64,000 bases of DNA from Dehalococcoidia bacterium (GCA_040882565.1 JBBEAZ010000024.1:105662-169661), one strand, 5' to 3'; shown: positions 7,753 to 18,434, counted from the first letter of the stretch. Notes: generated by a model not told the origin, from the letters alone. Numbers and translations are program-made.

Positions 7753-9480
7753 ATGCTCAGGTCGATTTCGCTCGGCGTTCTTGCCGTAGTACTTGTCGTT
7801 GTCGCCGCCTACTTGGACGGCGCCGGGGACAGAAGCGAGGCCGCTCCCGATCCTGACGTTATTCCGGGCCGCTACATTGTCACGCTGACGCCCGGTATCG
7901 CCGCTCATGCCTTCGCTCAAGAGACGGGTTCCCGGCTCGGTTTTCGAGCGGACGTCGTGTATTCCCACGCTCTCAACGGGTTTGCGGCCAACCTGCCAGC
8001 TCAGGCGGCGCAAGCCCTTGCCCGCGATTCCGGGGTTCTCTCCATCGAACCAGACCGCATCGCCCGCGTCACCGATCAGATTCTGCCAACGGGCATCGAC
8101 CGCATCGACGTAGACGAAAATAGCACTGCGGGAATCGCCGGCGACGGTGGTGCTATGGACGTTGATATCGCCATCATCGACACAGGCATCGACGTCGATC
8201 ACCCGGACCTGAACGTGGTTGGTGGCGCTCGATTCTCCGGGTCGGGGTTCGCCATCTTCTGGACTTGCGACAATGGCAGCGGCTCGTTTGACGACGATAA
8301 TGCGCACGGCACCCACGTCGCCGGCACCGCGGCTGCCAGGGACAACTCCGTGGGAGTAGTGGGAGTGGCGCCCGGCGCCCGCCTGCACGCGGTCAAGGTG
8401 CTGACATCGGGGGGCACAGGTGCCTACTCGTGCATCATTATGGGGATCGACTGGGTGACCGCGCGAGCCGACACGATCGATGTCGCGAACATGAGCCTCG
8501 GCGGCGGCAGCAGCAGCGCCCTCTGCAACGCCATCCAGAACTCGGTCAACGCCGGAGTCGTCTATGCCGTCGCCGCGGGCAATGAGATCGTAGACGCTGA
8601 AACCCGCAGCCCCGCGAACTGCGCCCCTGTGGTGACGGTGTCAGCTATCGCCGACTTTGACGGAAAGCCGGGAGGTCTGCAGGACGAGACGATCGCGTTC
8701 TCATCCTGCACGGAGACCGAAGACGACTCGTTTGCCTGTTTCAGTAACTTCGGTTCGACCATCGAGGTGGCGGCGCCGGGAGTGAAGATCCTGTCCACGC
8801 TCCCGGGCGGCGGCACCGGGACCGGCTCAGGTACAAGCATGGCCAGTCCCCATGTGGCAGGGGCGATCGCCCTGTACAAGGTCGCGAACCCCGCTTACAA
8901 CACCAGTCATGGTCCCACCGTCATCGCCGACATGACCGCGGACGGCTGGACGGTCCCGCAGGACAGCCCCTGTGGCTTTGACGGTGACCCGGACAGCTAC
9001 CCTGAGCCGCTGATCTACGGCGGCTCAAGCTGCCTCGGTGGCGCGACACCCACGCCCTCGCCGACTCCATCGCCCACGCCGACACCCACGGCGTCACCCG
9101 AGCCCACGCCGACGCCAACACCTACCGCGTCACCGGCACCCACACCAACACCGACGCCGGCGCCGGACGGAACGATGCACGTGGCAAGCCTCAGCGGCAT
9201 AAGCATCAGCCAGGGTTCAACCTGGGTCGCGCAGGTAACGATAACGGTCCACGATTCAGCCAACAACCCGGTGGCCGATGCAACTGTTTTCGGATCCTGG
9301 AGCCTGGGCTCGCCGTCCTCCGGCAACTGCACGACGAACGGCGCCGGGCAATGTACGCTCACTAGCGGCAGCATCCCTAAACGGAATTCGTCCGTCACGT
9401 TTACCGTCACAAACGTCACGTACACGACACTCGTCTACGATCCGAGTGGAACAACTTCAATAACCATCGCCAAGCCGTAG
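7753..9480 (+). CDS. secreted S8 subtilisin-like serine protease with I9 propeptide, Pro/Thr linker and C-terminal beta domain
   Basis: The start was chosen at ATG 7753 after GGGGAGGGG, followed by a signal peptide. The catalytic triad motifs are DTGIDVDHPDL, HGTHVAGT and GTSMASPHVAG. The linker is TPTPSPTPSPTPTPTASPEPTPTP. Confidence 0.9.
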   Translation: MLRSISLGVLAVVLVVVAAYLDGAGDRSEAAPDPDVIPGRYIVTLTPGIAAHAFAQETGSRLGFRADVVYSHALNGFAANLPAQAAQALARDSGVLSIEPDRIARVTDQILPTGIDRIDVDENSTAGIAGDGGAMDVDIAIIDTGIDVDHPDLNVVGGARFSGSGFAIFWTCDNGSGSFDDDNAHGTHVAGTAAARDNSVGVVGVAPGARLHAVKVLTSGGTGAYSCIIMGIDWVTARADTIDVANMSLGGGSSSALCNAIQNSVNAGVVYAVAAGNEIVDAETRSPANCAPVVTVSAIADFDGKPGGLQDETIAFSSCTETEDDSFACFSNFGSTIEVAAPGVKILSTLPGGGTGTGSGTSMASPHVAGAIALYKVANPAYNTSHGPTVIADMTADGWTVPQDSPCGFDGDPDSYPEPLIYGGSSCLGGATPTPSPTPSPTPTPTASPEPTPTPTPTASPAPTPTPTPAPDGTMHVASLSGISISQGSTWVAQVTITVHDSANNPVADATVFGSWSLGSPSSGNCTTNGAGQCTLTSGSIPKRNSSVTFTVTNVTYTTLVYDPSGTTSITIAKP

Positions 9481-10317
9481 ACAGCGGGACTTGGATTCGG
9501 GGCGGACTTCGGTCAGGGGCTTGGGGTGCTTCAGCCGAAATCGTATCTGGAGCGGGAGAGGGGCTCGCCCTACAGGTCCCGCCGCGGCGGAAACCCGCGA
9601 CCCTCTGCTTGGAAGGCTCGGACCTGGAAAAAGCGCCGAAAATGAGGATTTCAGATACGAAATTGCGACCAAGATGCCACACTCAGCGGGGTGGTAGCAG
9701 CGGTGTGCCCCTACCGAGGAGACTCACGCTATTTCGTTGTATTTGTCCTCCATTTCGTTCGAATTCGCAGGTGGATTCTAACATGCGCTAAAAGGACCCT
9801 TGCGCCAATCATGGCATCACGAACAGCCCGGCGCGTCCCGACTCCACCTGCGATTCATCTTGCGTCCGGGCTAGGCCGACCGTGCTAGCGCGACAAGCCC
9901 GCTGAGCGATTTGCACCGATCCTCGAAGAGTTCGCTAGTGGACGTTCGTGCGATCCCGCGCGCCGAGAGTTTCGCTTGAAGGTAACATCCGCCAATACAC
10001 CGGTGCCAACGGTTCCGGCGTGCAGTTGTTGATCACCGACCAGCTTCGTTGGGCTGGTCGTGATGTTCGTGGTAGAGAGCGCGAACTGCACGATGCTCGA
10101 CCCGTCCATGGCCTGGAAGTAGCAGCCAATCGCGGGGAGAGGTGGTACAGGGGCCCGTCGTGGCGCCGGTCAGAGGGCCGGCCCGCTGCCAGTTAGAATA
10201 CTTCGCGCAACACAAAGCAAGTAGGCCACAAGCAATGGTTGTAGCAGGCCAGCCGTTCCGGCTCGATCGCGGCTCAGTGCGACCGGTAGAAGGCTGCCCC
10301 CCGCTCCCCCACCATGT

Positions 10318-11388
10318 CTACTTCTCCAGCAAGAACAGTTGATGGTAGGGATGCTCGACGGGAAGCTTCTCGAAGTGAGAGAAGCCGGCCTCCCGCGCCA
10401 GCTCCCGGGCTGTTCCCTCCCCCACTACGTTGCCCAGCCCCTCGCCACCGTGGGCTAGCGAGACTGTCATGCAGTGCATAACGCTGGTGGCGTAGAGGAG
10501 TCGCCCCATGGGGTTGATGTTGTCCTCAAGGCGGTCGGACGCGTTGGCCTCCGACCACAGGAAGGCGCCGTCGGGTTTGAGGGCCCGGCAGACGCCGGCC
10601 AGGGCACCGCGCGGGTTGGCCATGTCGTGGATGCAGTTGAAGGCGATGATGAGATCGAAGTGGCCCTTGTGGGGGATATCCTCCGCCGCCGTGAACTCGA
10701 ACGATACCCGTTCGCCGAGGTCGGCATTGGCGGCGTGTCGCCGTGCCCGGCGGATAGACTCCTCATCGATGTCATAGCCAACAAAGCGTGAGTTGAGGTA
10801 GGCCTTGGCGAAGGGGATGAGGGCCTGACCGGCGCCGCAGCCGACTTCCGCGACGTCCGCCCCGGCCTTGACCCTCTCGAACACCTCTCCAAGGGCCGGG
10901 AGCCACTGGGTCGCCACCGCGCTCTCGTAGCCGGGCGCGAAGAGGCGTTGGATGGCCTCGACGATCTCGGGTCCAAACTCGGCAAAGGCGATGCCGCCAC
11001 CGTTCTTGAAAGCTTCCATCAGTCTCGGCAGTTGCCGGACGCACGCTTGGGCGTAGAGGAAACCACCGCCCATGAAGCGGGGACTATCATCGTCTGCCAG
11101 CACCGCCACCTGTTCAGGACTGAGCCGGAAGGTGTGATCCCGAGGATTGTAGTCGATATATTCCGATGCGGCCATGGCGGCGGCCCACTCGCGTATGTAG
11201 CGCTCGTTCAGGCCGGTGCGGTCCGCCAGGTCCTGCGAGGTCATTGGCACGCCGTCAGCCAGCGCCCGGAAGATGCCCAGCCGGTCGCCGATGTAGGCGA
11301 GCGCGATGATGTGGGCGCCGCCCCAGTCCTGGAGCACGCGGGTGGCAAACTGGGCGACCTTGCCAGGATCTGCGGATCGCTGTGACAC
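10318..11388 (-). CDS. class I SAM-dependent O-methyltransferase with an N-terminal dimerisation (wHTH) domain
   Basis: EVGCGAGQALIPFA is the SAM motif. The N-terminal helix is VLQDWGGAHIIALAYIGDRLGIF. The start was set at GTG 11388 to avoid a 130-nt overlap with the upstream gene. The listed 11541 start adds a low-complexity leader. Confidence 0.8.
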   Translation of the reverse strand: MSQRSADPGKVAQFATRVLQDWGGAHIIALAYIGDRLGIFRALADGVPMTSQDLADRTGLNERYIREWAAAMAASEYIDYNPRDHTFRLSPEQVAVLADDDSPRFMGGGFLYAQACVRQLPRLMEAFKNGGGIAFAEFGPEIVEAIQRLFAPGYESAVATQWLPALGEVFERVKAGADVAEVGCGAGQALIPFAKAYLNSRFVGYDIDEESIRRARRHAANADLGERVSFEFTAAEDIPHKGHFDLIIAFNCIHDMANPRGALAGVCRALKPDGAFLWSEANASDRLEDNINPMGRLLYATSVMHCMTVSLAHGGEGLGNVVGEGTARELAREAGFSHFEKLPVEHPYHQLFLLEK

Positions 11389-11410
11389 GGGACCGTTATG
11401 CCAGGCGGCC

Positions 11411-12562
11411 TTAGCGGGGCGTCCCGGCAGTCGCTGGCTGGCGCTCGATCCTGTCCGCGAAGTAGGGCATGACCAGGCGCCCGAAGCGCTCCGCCTCCTC
11501 GTCGTGGGGATAGCCGGAGAGGCAGAACTCCGTGCAGCCAAGGTCGATGAATTCCTGGATGGTCTCGGCTACCTGCTCCGGGTTGCCCACGATGGCGACG
11601 CCGGCGCCTGGCCGCACAGTGGCGACGCCGCTCCAGAGGTGCTTGCCAATCCGGAGGTCTTCAGTCTGCGCCAGCTCCTTCATCCTAGTGTTCGCCTGCG
11701 ACTCCCTCCACATATTTTGAACGACGTCCTTTAGCAATTGAGGCGCACCGGCGATGAGGGCGTCGGCGTCCCGCCACGCCTTTTCCTCCGTCTCGCGGAC
11801 CAGCACCTGGAGTCGCATGCCGAAAGCGAGGTCGTCCCCGCGGCCGTACTTTGCGGCAACGCGCTTCACTTCGGCGACCTCTTCGGCGATCCGCTCGGGA
11901 GTGTCGCCCCAGAAGAGGTAGACGTCGGCGTGCCTGGCGCCGACCTCTCTGGCGGCGGGCGAGATACCGCCGATGTAGAAGCGCGGATGGGGCTTCTGGT
12001 AGGGACGGGGCTGGACGACGGCGTTCTCCACCTGGTAGTACTTGCCTTTGTGGGTCACGGGCCCGTCTTCAGTCCAGAGCCGCTTCATCAGCGTCACCGT
12101 CTCGTCCATGACTTCGTAGCGCTCGTCGTGTTCGTAGAAGAGGCCTTCGGCGGCCTGCTCGGCGCCGCCGGGCCCGGCGATGAGGTTGATACAGACGCGC
12201 CCCTGGGTGAGCTGGTCGAAGGTGGTGAACATCTTGGCCATGAGCGTGGGCAGCATGTAGCCGGCGCGCACCGCCACCAGCGGCTTCAGGCGCTCCGTGC
12301 GGGCCGCGACCATGGCGCAGGCGATCCAGGCCTCGTAGCACATGGTCTGGACGGGAACGAGGGCGTACTCGAAGCCGGCGCTCTCGGCCGCCTGCGCGAC
12401 CTTTGTGAAGTGGTCCAGGCTGGGCGGGATGTTTGCGGCGCCATCGCCGAACGCCCTCGTGTCACCAGCGGTCGGGATGAACCAGCCGAAGCGAAGGCGG
12501 CCGTTGTCCTTTGTTCCCGTGTCGTCTACCGATGGGTGAACCATAGCTCCACGTTCAGCCAT
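11411..12562 (-). CDS. LLM-class flavin-dependent monooxygenase (luciferase-like; SsuD/alkanesulfonate-monooxygenase-like)
   Basis: The start was set at Met 12562 (MAERGAMVHPS), 13 nt after the tauD stop. The TIM-barrel LLM signature regions are FGWFIPTAGD and GGAEQAAE. The upstream 70 aa of the listed ORF are Arg/Ser low-complexity. Confidence 0.85.
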   Translation of the reverse strand: MAERGAMVHPSVDDTGTKDNGRLRFGWFIPTAGDTRAFGDGAANIPPSLDHFTKVAQAAESAGFEYALVPVQTMCYEAWIACAMVAARTERLKPLVAVRAGYMLPTLMAKMFTTFDQLTQGRVCINLIAGPGGAEQAAEGLFYEHDERYEVMDETVTLMKRLWTEDGPVTHKGKYYQVENAVVQPRPYQKPHPRFYIGGISPAAREVGARHADVYLFWGDTPERIAEEVAEVKRVAAKYGRGDDLAFGMRLQVLVRETEEKAWRDADALIAGAPQLLKDVVQNMWRESQANTRMKELAQTEDLRIGKHLWSGVATVRPGAGVAIVGNPEQVAETIQEFIDLGCTEFCLSGYPHDEEAERFGRLVMPYFADRIERQPATAGTPR

Positions 12563-12575
12563 AAGAGCTGACCGG

Positions 12576-13406
12576 TCAGCCGGCCAGGTAGGGGCGCTCG
12601 CCCACGGTGGTGACGCGGTAGCCGGTGCGAGTCTCGGGGAAGTAGTCCCAACTGGCGTAATGCTGGACGCAGCGGTTGTCCCATAGCGCCACAGAGTTCT
12701 CCTCCCAGCGGAAGCGCACCTGGCACTCGACCTCGTACGCGACGTGGTCAAACAGCATCTTGAGGATCGCGTCACTCTCCCGTCTGGTGACGCCTTTGAT
12801 GCGGGTGGTGAACCCGGAATTTATGTATAGCGCCCGCCGACCGGTCAACGGGTGGGTGCGCACCGCGGGATGAATGGCCGAGGGGGTCTTCGTGTCGTTC
12901 ATGCTATAGCGTCCGCCGTACACCTGATCCGAGGTGTGGATAGCCTGGCGGGCAGAGAGGAATTCCTTCATCGGGTCTGAGAGCAGGTCGTAGGCGGCGT
13001 ACATGCTGGACCAGAGCGTGTCGCCGCCGACCGAAGGGATAACCTCGACTCGCAGCATAGACAGCGCTGGTGGTTGCTCCTCGCAAGAGACATCGGTGTG
13101 CCAGGTTTCCCCCGCCGTGTACTTTGAGTCGGCGTCGGTGTGAACCAGCAGCACCTCAGGGTAGCCCTCTGGGCCCTTCGCTGCCGGGTGTACGTGCAGG
13201 GTACCCAAGCGCCGGCCAAGTTCCACCTGCTGATCCAGCGTCATCGCCTGATCACGGAAGAATAGTACGCCCCGTTCGGCTGCCAACTGCCTGATCTCCT
13301 CGATAGCCGCGTCGTCCAGATCGAGCAGGCGCAAGCCTCGCAGTTCGGTGCCGATGTGGTGGTTATAGTCAATGCGTTCAACACGAGTCAGGATGCCCGT
13401 CGTCAT
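12576..13406 (-). CDS. tauD: TauD/TfdA-family Fe(II)/2-oxoglutarate-dependent dioxygenase (taurine dioxygenase-like)
   Basis: Start ATG 13406 is preceded by AAGGAGG. It has the HTDVS (HxD) motif and WDNRCVQH. Confidence 0.85.
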   Translation of the reverse strand: MTTGILTRVERIDYNHHIGTELRGLRLLDLDDAAIEEIRQLAAERGVLFFRDQAMTLDQQVELGRRLGTLHVHPAAKGPEGYPEVLLVHTDADSKYTAGETWHTDVSCEEQPPALSMLRVEVIPSVGGDTLWSSMYAAYDLLSDPMKEFLSARQAIHTSDQVYGGRYSMNDTKTPSAIHPAVRTHPLTGRRALYINSGFTTRIKGVTRRESDAILKMLFDHVAYEVECQVRFRWEENSVALWDNRCVQHYASWDYFPETRTGYRVTTVGERPYLAG

Positions 13407-13923
13407 TTCAACCTCCTTAGGGAAACTCCGCGATGCGGACGGTATCACACAGGTGCGCAGGTGTCCAGCGAATGTACTCGTTCGGTACATATCCCACAGT
13501 CTTTGCCCTCCGGCGCCGGACTCGAGAAGTACGACTCTATGCGAGACAATCCTCCGCTGTTCCGACATGGCCCAGAGATCGCTTGGCAGCGGGGCCGCTG
13601 GCGGGCCGTAGGCCTTCAAGTCCGCACGCGTCCAAGACGCCAAACCAAACGCCCTGGGCGAGTCGATGCGGGCCGATATACGGGCTTGCGTTGGGGGAGC
13701 GGATTGAGTTTTGGTTAAGGGCTAGACACCACTGGCGAAGAGCATCTGTTTCGTAGGTGGCACCGGCCGGCTGGCCGTCTCGGCTGGGTAACGCTTCCGA
13801 AGGGTTAACGTCTACCTCTACATGCAAGCATCAACGGGTTATTCTCCGCGGGTCAGGCCACCAGCGTTCCATGGGCGCAACCAGCACGACCCGATATTCC
13901 AGCTGAAGGGCAATCTTTAACTA

Positions 13924-16900
13924 GTGCAGTCACGCGTTCAGCATCGCTCCGAGGCTGGCATCGACGAAGCCGCTACCGACAAGGTATTCGCGGCCGAGAC
14001 CGATATCACCTTCGTGCGCCTGGCGGTCATCGCGTTTAGCACCGTCGTTTATGTCTTCCTCTTCGACAAATCCGGTTCCATCCAGTGGCTTGCGTACGGC
14101 ACACTCGCCATCGCCTGGATCTACGGAGTGTCGGTGCTGGCGCTTCAGCCGCATCGGCGCCACCCGGCGCTGTTGTCGAGCTACTTCACATCGACATCCG
14201 ACGCAGCCCTGATCACAGCCTGGATCATCGCCACCGGCGGATACGATTCACCCTTTTACGTTCTGTGGTATGTATCGATCGTCGCAATTGCTTACCGATA
14301 CACCCCAAGGGAGACGATGATCGTCTCGTGTCTGTACGCGGCTTCGTATCTCGCTCTCGTGGCTGCCTTAGGTGAGACCTCTGACCGCACCACCGACTTG
14401 GTCGTTCGCATTGGCTATATCTTCCTCGTCGGTGCGATGAGTTCGTTGCTCTCGCGGGAGGCCCTTGGTCAGTCAAGGGCGAGAGTGGAGGCGCGCCGGG
14501 CGGCAGAGCTTGCGGCCGCCGCAGAAGCGCGGTTTCGCGAGCTCCTCGAATCGGCACCGGACCCGGTCATCATCGTGAACGAGCAGGGGTCTGTGGCTCT
14601 GGTCAACGCGGAGGCGGAGAGGGCCTTCGGCTACTCGAAAGAGGATATCCTGGGCGGCGGCGTGTTGATGCTCATACGCCAAACAGACCACGAGCGGGCG
14701 AGAGCCGAGTGGAGTGCATACACATCTGGGGTGCCAAGGCCGCAGACCATTGGTGGGATAGATCTCGTGGCGAGGCGAAAGGATGGAAGCGAGTTTGTGG
14801 TCGACGTCCGGCTGAGCCCGCTCAAAACCGAAGAGGGGATACTTTTCACGATCGTGATGCGCGACATCAGCGAGCGAAAGCGGGCCGAGGAGGCGCTCCA
14901 CGAAAGCGAGGCTCGCTTCCGTGCCCTCACCGAGAACGCTTCTGACTTTATCTTGATCCTTGACCCCCACGGCGTTCTTCAATACACGAGCCCATCCGTG
15001 GGCAGAATGCTAGGTTATGGCGAAGACGAGTTGTTAGGGAAAAATGGGTTCGAATTCGTACACCCAGATGACGCCTCAGAACTGGCGCAAATCCTCGCGA
15101 TGAGACTCCAGACGCGGGGGATCGGGGAGCCGATCGAATTTCGTGTTCTGCACAGCAACGGAGCCTGGCGCCTGTTCGAGGCGATCGGCAACTTCGACCT
15201 GCTGGACGACCCTGCGGTCGGCGGAATCGTCCTCAACGCCAGGGACATTACGGAGCGCCGACGGGCGGAGGAGGCATTGCGGGACTCCGAGACTCAGTAC
15301 CGTACCTTGGTGGAGGGCGCCAGCGACCACATTTTGATCCTTCAAAATGGGAAGACGGTATATCGAAACCCCGCATATGAAAGGCTGATCGGCTACAGCT
15401 CTACCGAAACAGCTGGCCGCAGCTTCCTGGAGTTCGTCGCCCCCGAGGACCGCGCCATAGTGGAAGAAAAATACCGGAAGCGGCTCCGGGGGGAACCCGC
15501 AACAGAGCAATATGAAGTGCACATCATGACCAGGGATGGCGGCAGGGCGCTTATGGAGGTTAAACCACGGGTCATCCAGTACCACGGTGAGCCAGCCACA
15601 ATGGTGCTGATGCGCGACATCACCGAGCGGAGGCAGGCCGAGGAGACGATCAGACGCCTCGCGCATCATGACGCGCTGACCGGCCTGCCGAACCGCATGC
15701 TCTTCGAGGACCGCCTCAACGTGGCTCTGGCCCAGGCGCGACGCAGCAAGGAGATGCTGGCCGTGCTGTTCCTGGACCTCGACCGTTTCAAGCTAGTGAA
15801 CGACACGATCGGCCACGCCGGAGGAGACGAACTGCTGCGGCAAGTCGCCGCGGACCTCGAAGAGGTAGTGCGCGACGGGGACACGGTAGCACGCAACGGC
15901 GGCGACGAGTTCACGTTGCTGCTTCCACGCATCCACTCCAAGCAAGATGCGATAGAAATCGCAGAGCGCATTCTGCGGGTCCTGGGCGAGCCCAAGTGTC
16001 TGCGTGGCCAGGAATTCACGGTCACGACGAGCATCGGCATCAGCATGTATCCCAAGGACGGCAGGACTGAGCAGGAACTGATGGCGAACGCGGACACCGC
16101 GATGTACCGGGTCAAGGAGCGGGGGCGCAACAACTACCAGCTGTACACGCCAGCGATGAAGGCAGACGTTCTTGGCCGGCTCGCTCTTGAGAGAGACCTT
16201 AGACGTGCTCTGGAGCATGAGGAATTCGTGTTGCATTACCAGCCGATCCTTGACGTGGGGACCGGCGAAATCGTCGCCGCGGAAGCACTCCTCCGCTGGC
16301 GGCACCCGACCCGCGGGCTGGTTTACCCGAACGATTTCATTCCGTTCGCCGAGGAGCACCGGCTCCTGGCCGAAATCGAAGAATGGGTCCTGTCCGAAGC
16401 GTGCAGGCAGAGGCGGCATTGGCGGCAGGAAGGATATCCCGAAGTCCGCATGAGCGTGAACCTATCGGCGCAGCAACTGCAGCGGAAGGAGTTGCCCGCC
16501 CTGGTGTCGCGGATACTGAAGCAATCCGGACTCGCCGGGGTGCACTTGCAGATTGAAATTACGGAAGGTGCGATGCTGGACAATGCCGACCCTGTCATCA
16601 GGACCCTCCGGCACCTGCGAGGGATGGGCGTGCGAATCTCAGTCGACGACTTCGGGACGGGATACTCGTCGCTCAGCTACCTTAAGAGATTTCCGATCGA
16701 CGAGGTGAAGATCGATAGGTCCTTCGTGAGAGACCTGACGGTGGATCCGAAAGACGCCACAATCGTCTCCACTATCATCACGATGGCCCACGACCTCGAA
16801 CTCGACGTCGTTGGCGAGGGGGTCGAATCAGAAGACCAGCTCCGCTTCCTCAAAGATCGCGGCTGTGACGCATGTCAGGGCTATCTGTTCAGTAAACCTG

Positions 16901-17001
16901 TGCCGGCAGCGGAGTTTGAACAGTTGCTCCGCGAGAGCATCGCGACAGTCGTCGGTGCACTCGGGGCAGGGGCCGGACGAAATAGCAGCCGCAACTCATA
17001 A
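13924..17001 (+). CDS. membrane sensor PAS(x4)-GGDEF-EAL c-di-GMP turnover protein
   Basis: 1025 aa. The N-terminus is multi-TM. Four PAS blocks follow. The GGDEF motif is RNGGDEFTLLL. The EAL domain has EALLRWRHP and DDFGTGYSSLSYLKRFPIDEVKID. Confidence 0.9.
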   Translation: MQSRVQHRSEAGIDEAATDKVFAAETDITFVRLAVIAFSTVVYVFLFDKSGSIQWLAYGTLAIAWIYGVSVLALQPHRRHPALLSSYFTSTSDAALITAWIIATGGYDSPFYVLWYVSIVAIAYRYTPRETMIVSCLYAASYLALVAALGETSDRTTDLVVRIGYIFLVGAMSSLLSREALGQSRARVEARRAAELAAAAEARFRELLESAPDPVIIVNEQGSVALVNAEAERAFGYSKEDILGGGVLMLIRQTDHERARAEWSAYTSGVPRPQTIGGIDLVARRKDGSEFVVDVRLSPLKTEEGILFTIVMRDISERKRAEEALHESEARFRALTENASDFILILDPHGVLQYTSPSVGRMLGYGEDELLGKNGFEFVHPDDASELAQILAMRLQTRGIGEPIEFRVLHSNGAWRLFEAIGNFDLLDDPAVGGIVLNARDITERRRAEEALRDSETQYRTLVEGASDHILILQNGKTVYRNPAYERLIGYSSTETAGRSFLEFVAPEDRAIVEEKYRKRLRGEPATEQYEVHIMTRDGGRALMEVKPRVIQYHGEPATMVLMRDITERRQAEETIRRLAHHDALTGLPNRMLFEDRLNVALAQARRSKEMLAVLFLDLDRFKLVNDTIGHAGGDELLRQVAADLEEVVRDGDTVARNGGDEFTLLLPRIHSKQDAIEIAERILRVLGEPKCLRGQEFTVTTSIGISMYPKDGRTEQELMANADTAMYRVKERGRNNYQLYTPAMKADVLGRLALERDLRRALEHEEFVLHYQPILDVGTGEIVAAEALLRWRHPTRGLVYPNDFIPFAEEHRLLAEIEEWVLSEACRQRRHWRQEGYPEVRMSVNLSAQQLQRKELPALVSRILKQSGLAGVHLQIEITEGAMLDNADPVIRTLRHLRGMGVRISVDDFGTGYSSLSYLKRFPIDEVKIDRSFVRDLTVDPKDATIVSTIITMAHDLELDVVGEGVESEDQLRFLKDRGCDACQGYLFSKPVPAAEFEQLLRESIATVVGALGAGAGRNSSRNS

Positions 17002-17271
17002 GAAGTTGGTTTGTTCTCGGCTCTGTCCGGTCGGCGCGCGGTTTCTCCCGGTTTGAAATACAGCTTCTACGCCAACGCGATCCCGACAGATTGGACGTGC
17101 AGTACGATGGCCGCAGCGCCGCGGAGGCGGGCGTCCCCAACCAGAGCGGATGTGAGACGCAAACTTCCTCCGGCGCTTCTGTTTGTCTAACTGTCTTCTT
17201 CTCAGAGCCAGCGAGCGGTGGGTCCGCCGGCCACCCGCTATACTTTTGGGCCAGCGCTCTGATTCCAGGAG

Positions 17272-17769
17272 GTGCTCTTGCCAGACAAACTTACCTCAGC
17301 GCAAGTTGAACGCTTCCTGCGGGGCCGCCACATAGCTGTGCTCACTACCGTCAACCCCAACGGCGCGCCGCTTCAGACCCCCGTCTGGTATCTCTACCGC
17401 GACGGGCTCATTTACATTCGCACCAACTCTCTAAGTGCCAAGGTGCGCAATGTTCGGCGCGATCCCCGAGTCAGCCTCTGCGTCCAGGATGAGCGGCCAC
17501 CGTACCGCGGCGTAACAGTCACAGGTGTCGTCGCAAGGATTGAGCCAGACCGGCGAGAGATATCGACGGTGATGTCTCGGAATTACCTCGGCATGGTCGC
17601 GGGCTTCTTCTATTTGCGACTTCGCACTCGCAACGAGATCGAGGACGATCCTGACATGATGCTAGTGATCAAAGCGCAGCGAAAACACGGCTGGGACTAT
17701 CGCCCACGCACTCCCCTGGTCGGCCGCGTCTGGCTGGCCTTCAAGCGCGTGCTGCCGCCTTGGCTGTAA
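17272..17769 (+). CDS. pyridoxamine 5'-phosphate oxidase family protein (likely PPOX-class F420-dependent)
   Basis: GTG start after CCAGGAGG. HIAVLTTVNPNGAPLQTPVWY is the PNPOx-like split-barrel signature. Confidence 0.8.
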   Translation: MLLPDKLTSAQVERFLRGRHIAVLTTVNPNGAPLQTPVWYLYRDGLIYIRTNSLSAKVRNVRRDPRVSLCVQDERPPYRGVTVTGVVARIEPDRREISTVMSRNYLGMVAGFFYLRLRTRNEIEDDPDMMLVIKAQRKHGWDYRPRTPLVGRVWLAFKRVLPPWL

Positions 17770-17775
17770 CGCGAC

Positions 17776-17940
17776 GGATTGGAAGAGGCGAAGGACGTCG
17801 TTGTACCACTTGATCGTCTTTACCGACTTGCCCTCGGTCTGGTTGTGGAACTCCCAGTACTCTTTCAGTTCGTCAAGCGTGAGCTTGTTCACTGTCTTCC
17901 TCCACTTGAGAGCGGAGTTGCGCTTCTCTAGCTTCAGCAT
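17776..17940 (-). pseudogene. tyrosine recombinase (phage integrase) N-terminal SAM-like domain fragment, truncated after about 55 aa
   Basis: MLKLEKRNSALKWRKTVNKLTLDELKEYWEFHNQTEGKSVKTIKWYNDVLRLF matches the integrase N-terminal pattern LT..EL.E.WLE.....G.S..TI..Y...L. The frame then runs into the antisense of the PNPOx gene. GC is lower here (about 52 %). Confidence 0.55.
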
Positions 17941-18122
17941 TTCCGGCGTGCCTCCTACGAGTCAAACTTGAGTGAGATCGAGATGAGATGCGGGTGATGC
18001 TTGCGTGATCTCGACTCGGCCAGGCACGCTCTGCAAAAGAGAGGGTGGCAGCGGTTCACCAGACGACTAAACGGGTCACCCCGTTTGCGCCAAACCGCGA
18101 ATTCGTATCTGAAAATGGGGTT

Positions 18123-18198
18123 TGGCGCCCCCGGAAGGACTCGAACCTGCAACCCGCTGCTTAGAAGGCAGATGGTCTTTCGGTCATTAACGCGTCGC
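18123..18198 (-). pseudogene. tRNA-Arg(UCU)-like sequence: the 3' two-thirds are canonical, the 5' part is degenerate. Pseudo-tRNA / att remnant
   Basis: Minus-strand reading: TCTGC-CTTCTAA-GCAGC / GGGTT / GCAGG-TTCGAGT-CCTTC / CGGGGGC-G-CCA. The 5' 26 nt (GCGACGCGTTAATGACC..) cannot form an acceptor or D-arm. Confidence 0.55.
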
Positions 18199-18330
18199 AT
18201 CAACCGGCCTTAGCGCCAAGTTCCGGAGGGACGCGACTTAGCTGCCGCGGGTCCGCGAATCTTGCGGCTTCGCTGTCGCGGACTTAGTGAGGGGCGCCAT
18301 GACGGGACGAGACCGGTGATTCCGCTACAG
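18186..18330 (+). repeat. copy B of the imperfect ~145 bp direct repeat (partner at 5055-5225)
   Basis: See copy A. Its left end overlaps the degenerate 5' part of the pseudo-tRNA. Confidence 0.7.
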
Positions 18331-18434
18331 CCCTTCGGCCGGACGGGGCACACGAGCACCCGCATCGTCTTCGGCGCCACCCTCAGTCACGCCACCGCAG
18401 GTCAGAAATCCGTTACGCTCTCGTCTCAGTCCTT

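Noticed and set aside
7384-8388. 334-aa minus-strand ORF
   Set aside because: It is antisense to the subtilisin gene
10467-11385. ORFs 10467-11000 (minus), 10474-10791 (plus) and 10948-11385 (plus) inside the methyltransferase gene
   Set aside because: They are alternative-frame or antisense shadow ORFs with low-complexity translations
18001-18213. 70-aa plus-strand ORF (and 5098-5415 at repeat copy A)
   Set aside because: These ORFs merely read through the pseudo-tRNA (..GRTRTCNPLL..) and the conserved repeat. No coding signal is present
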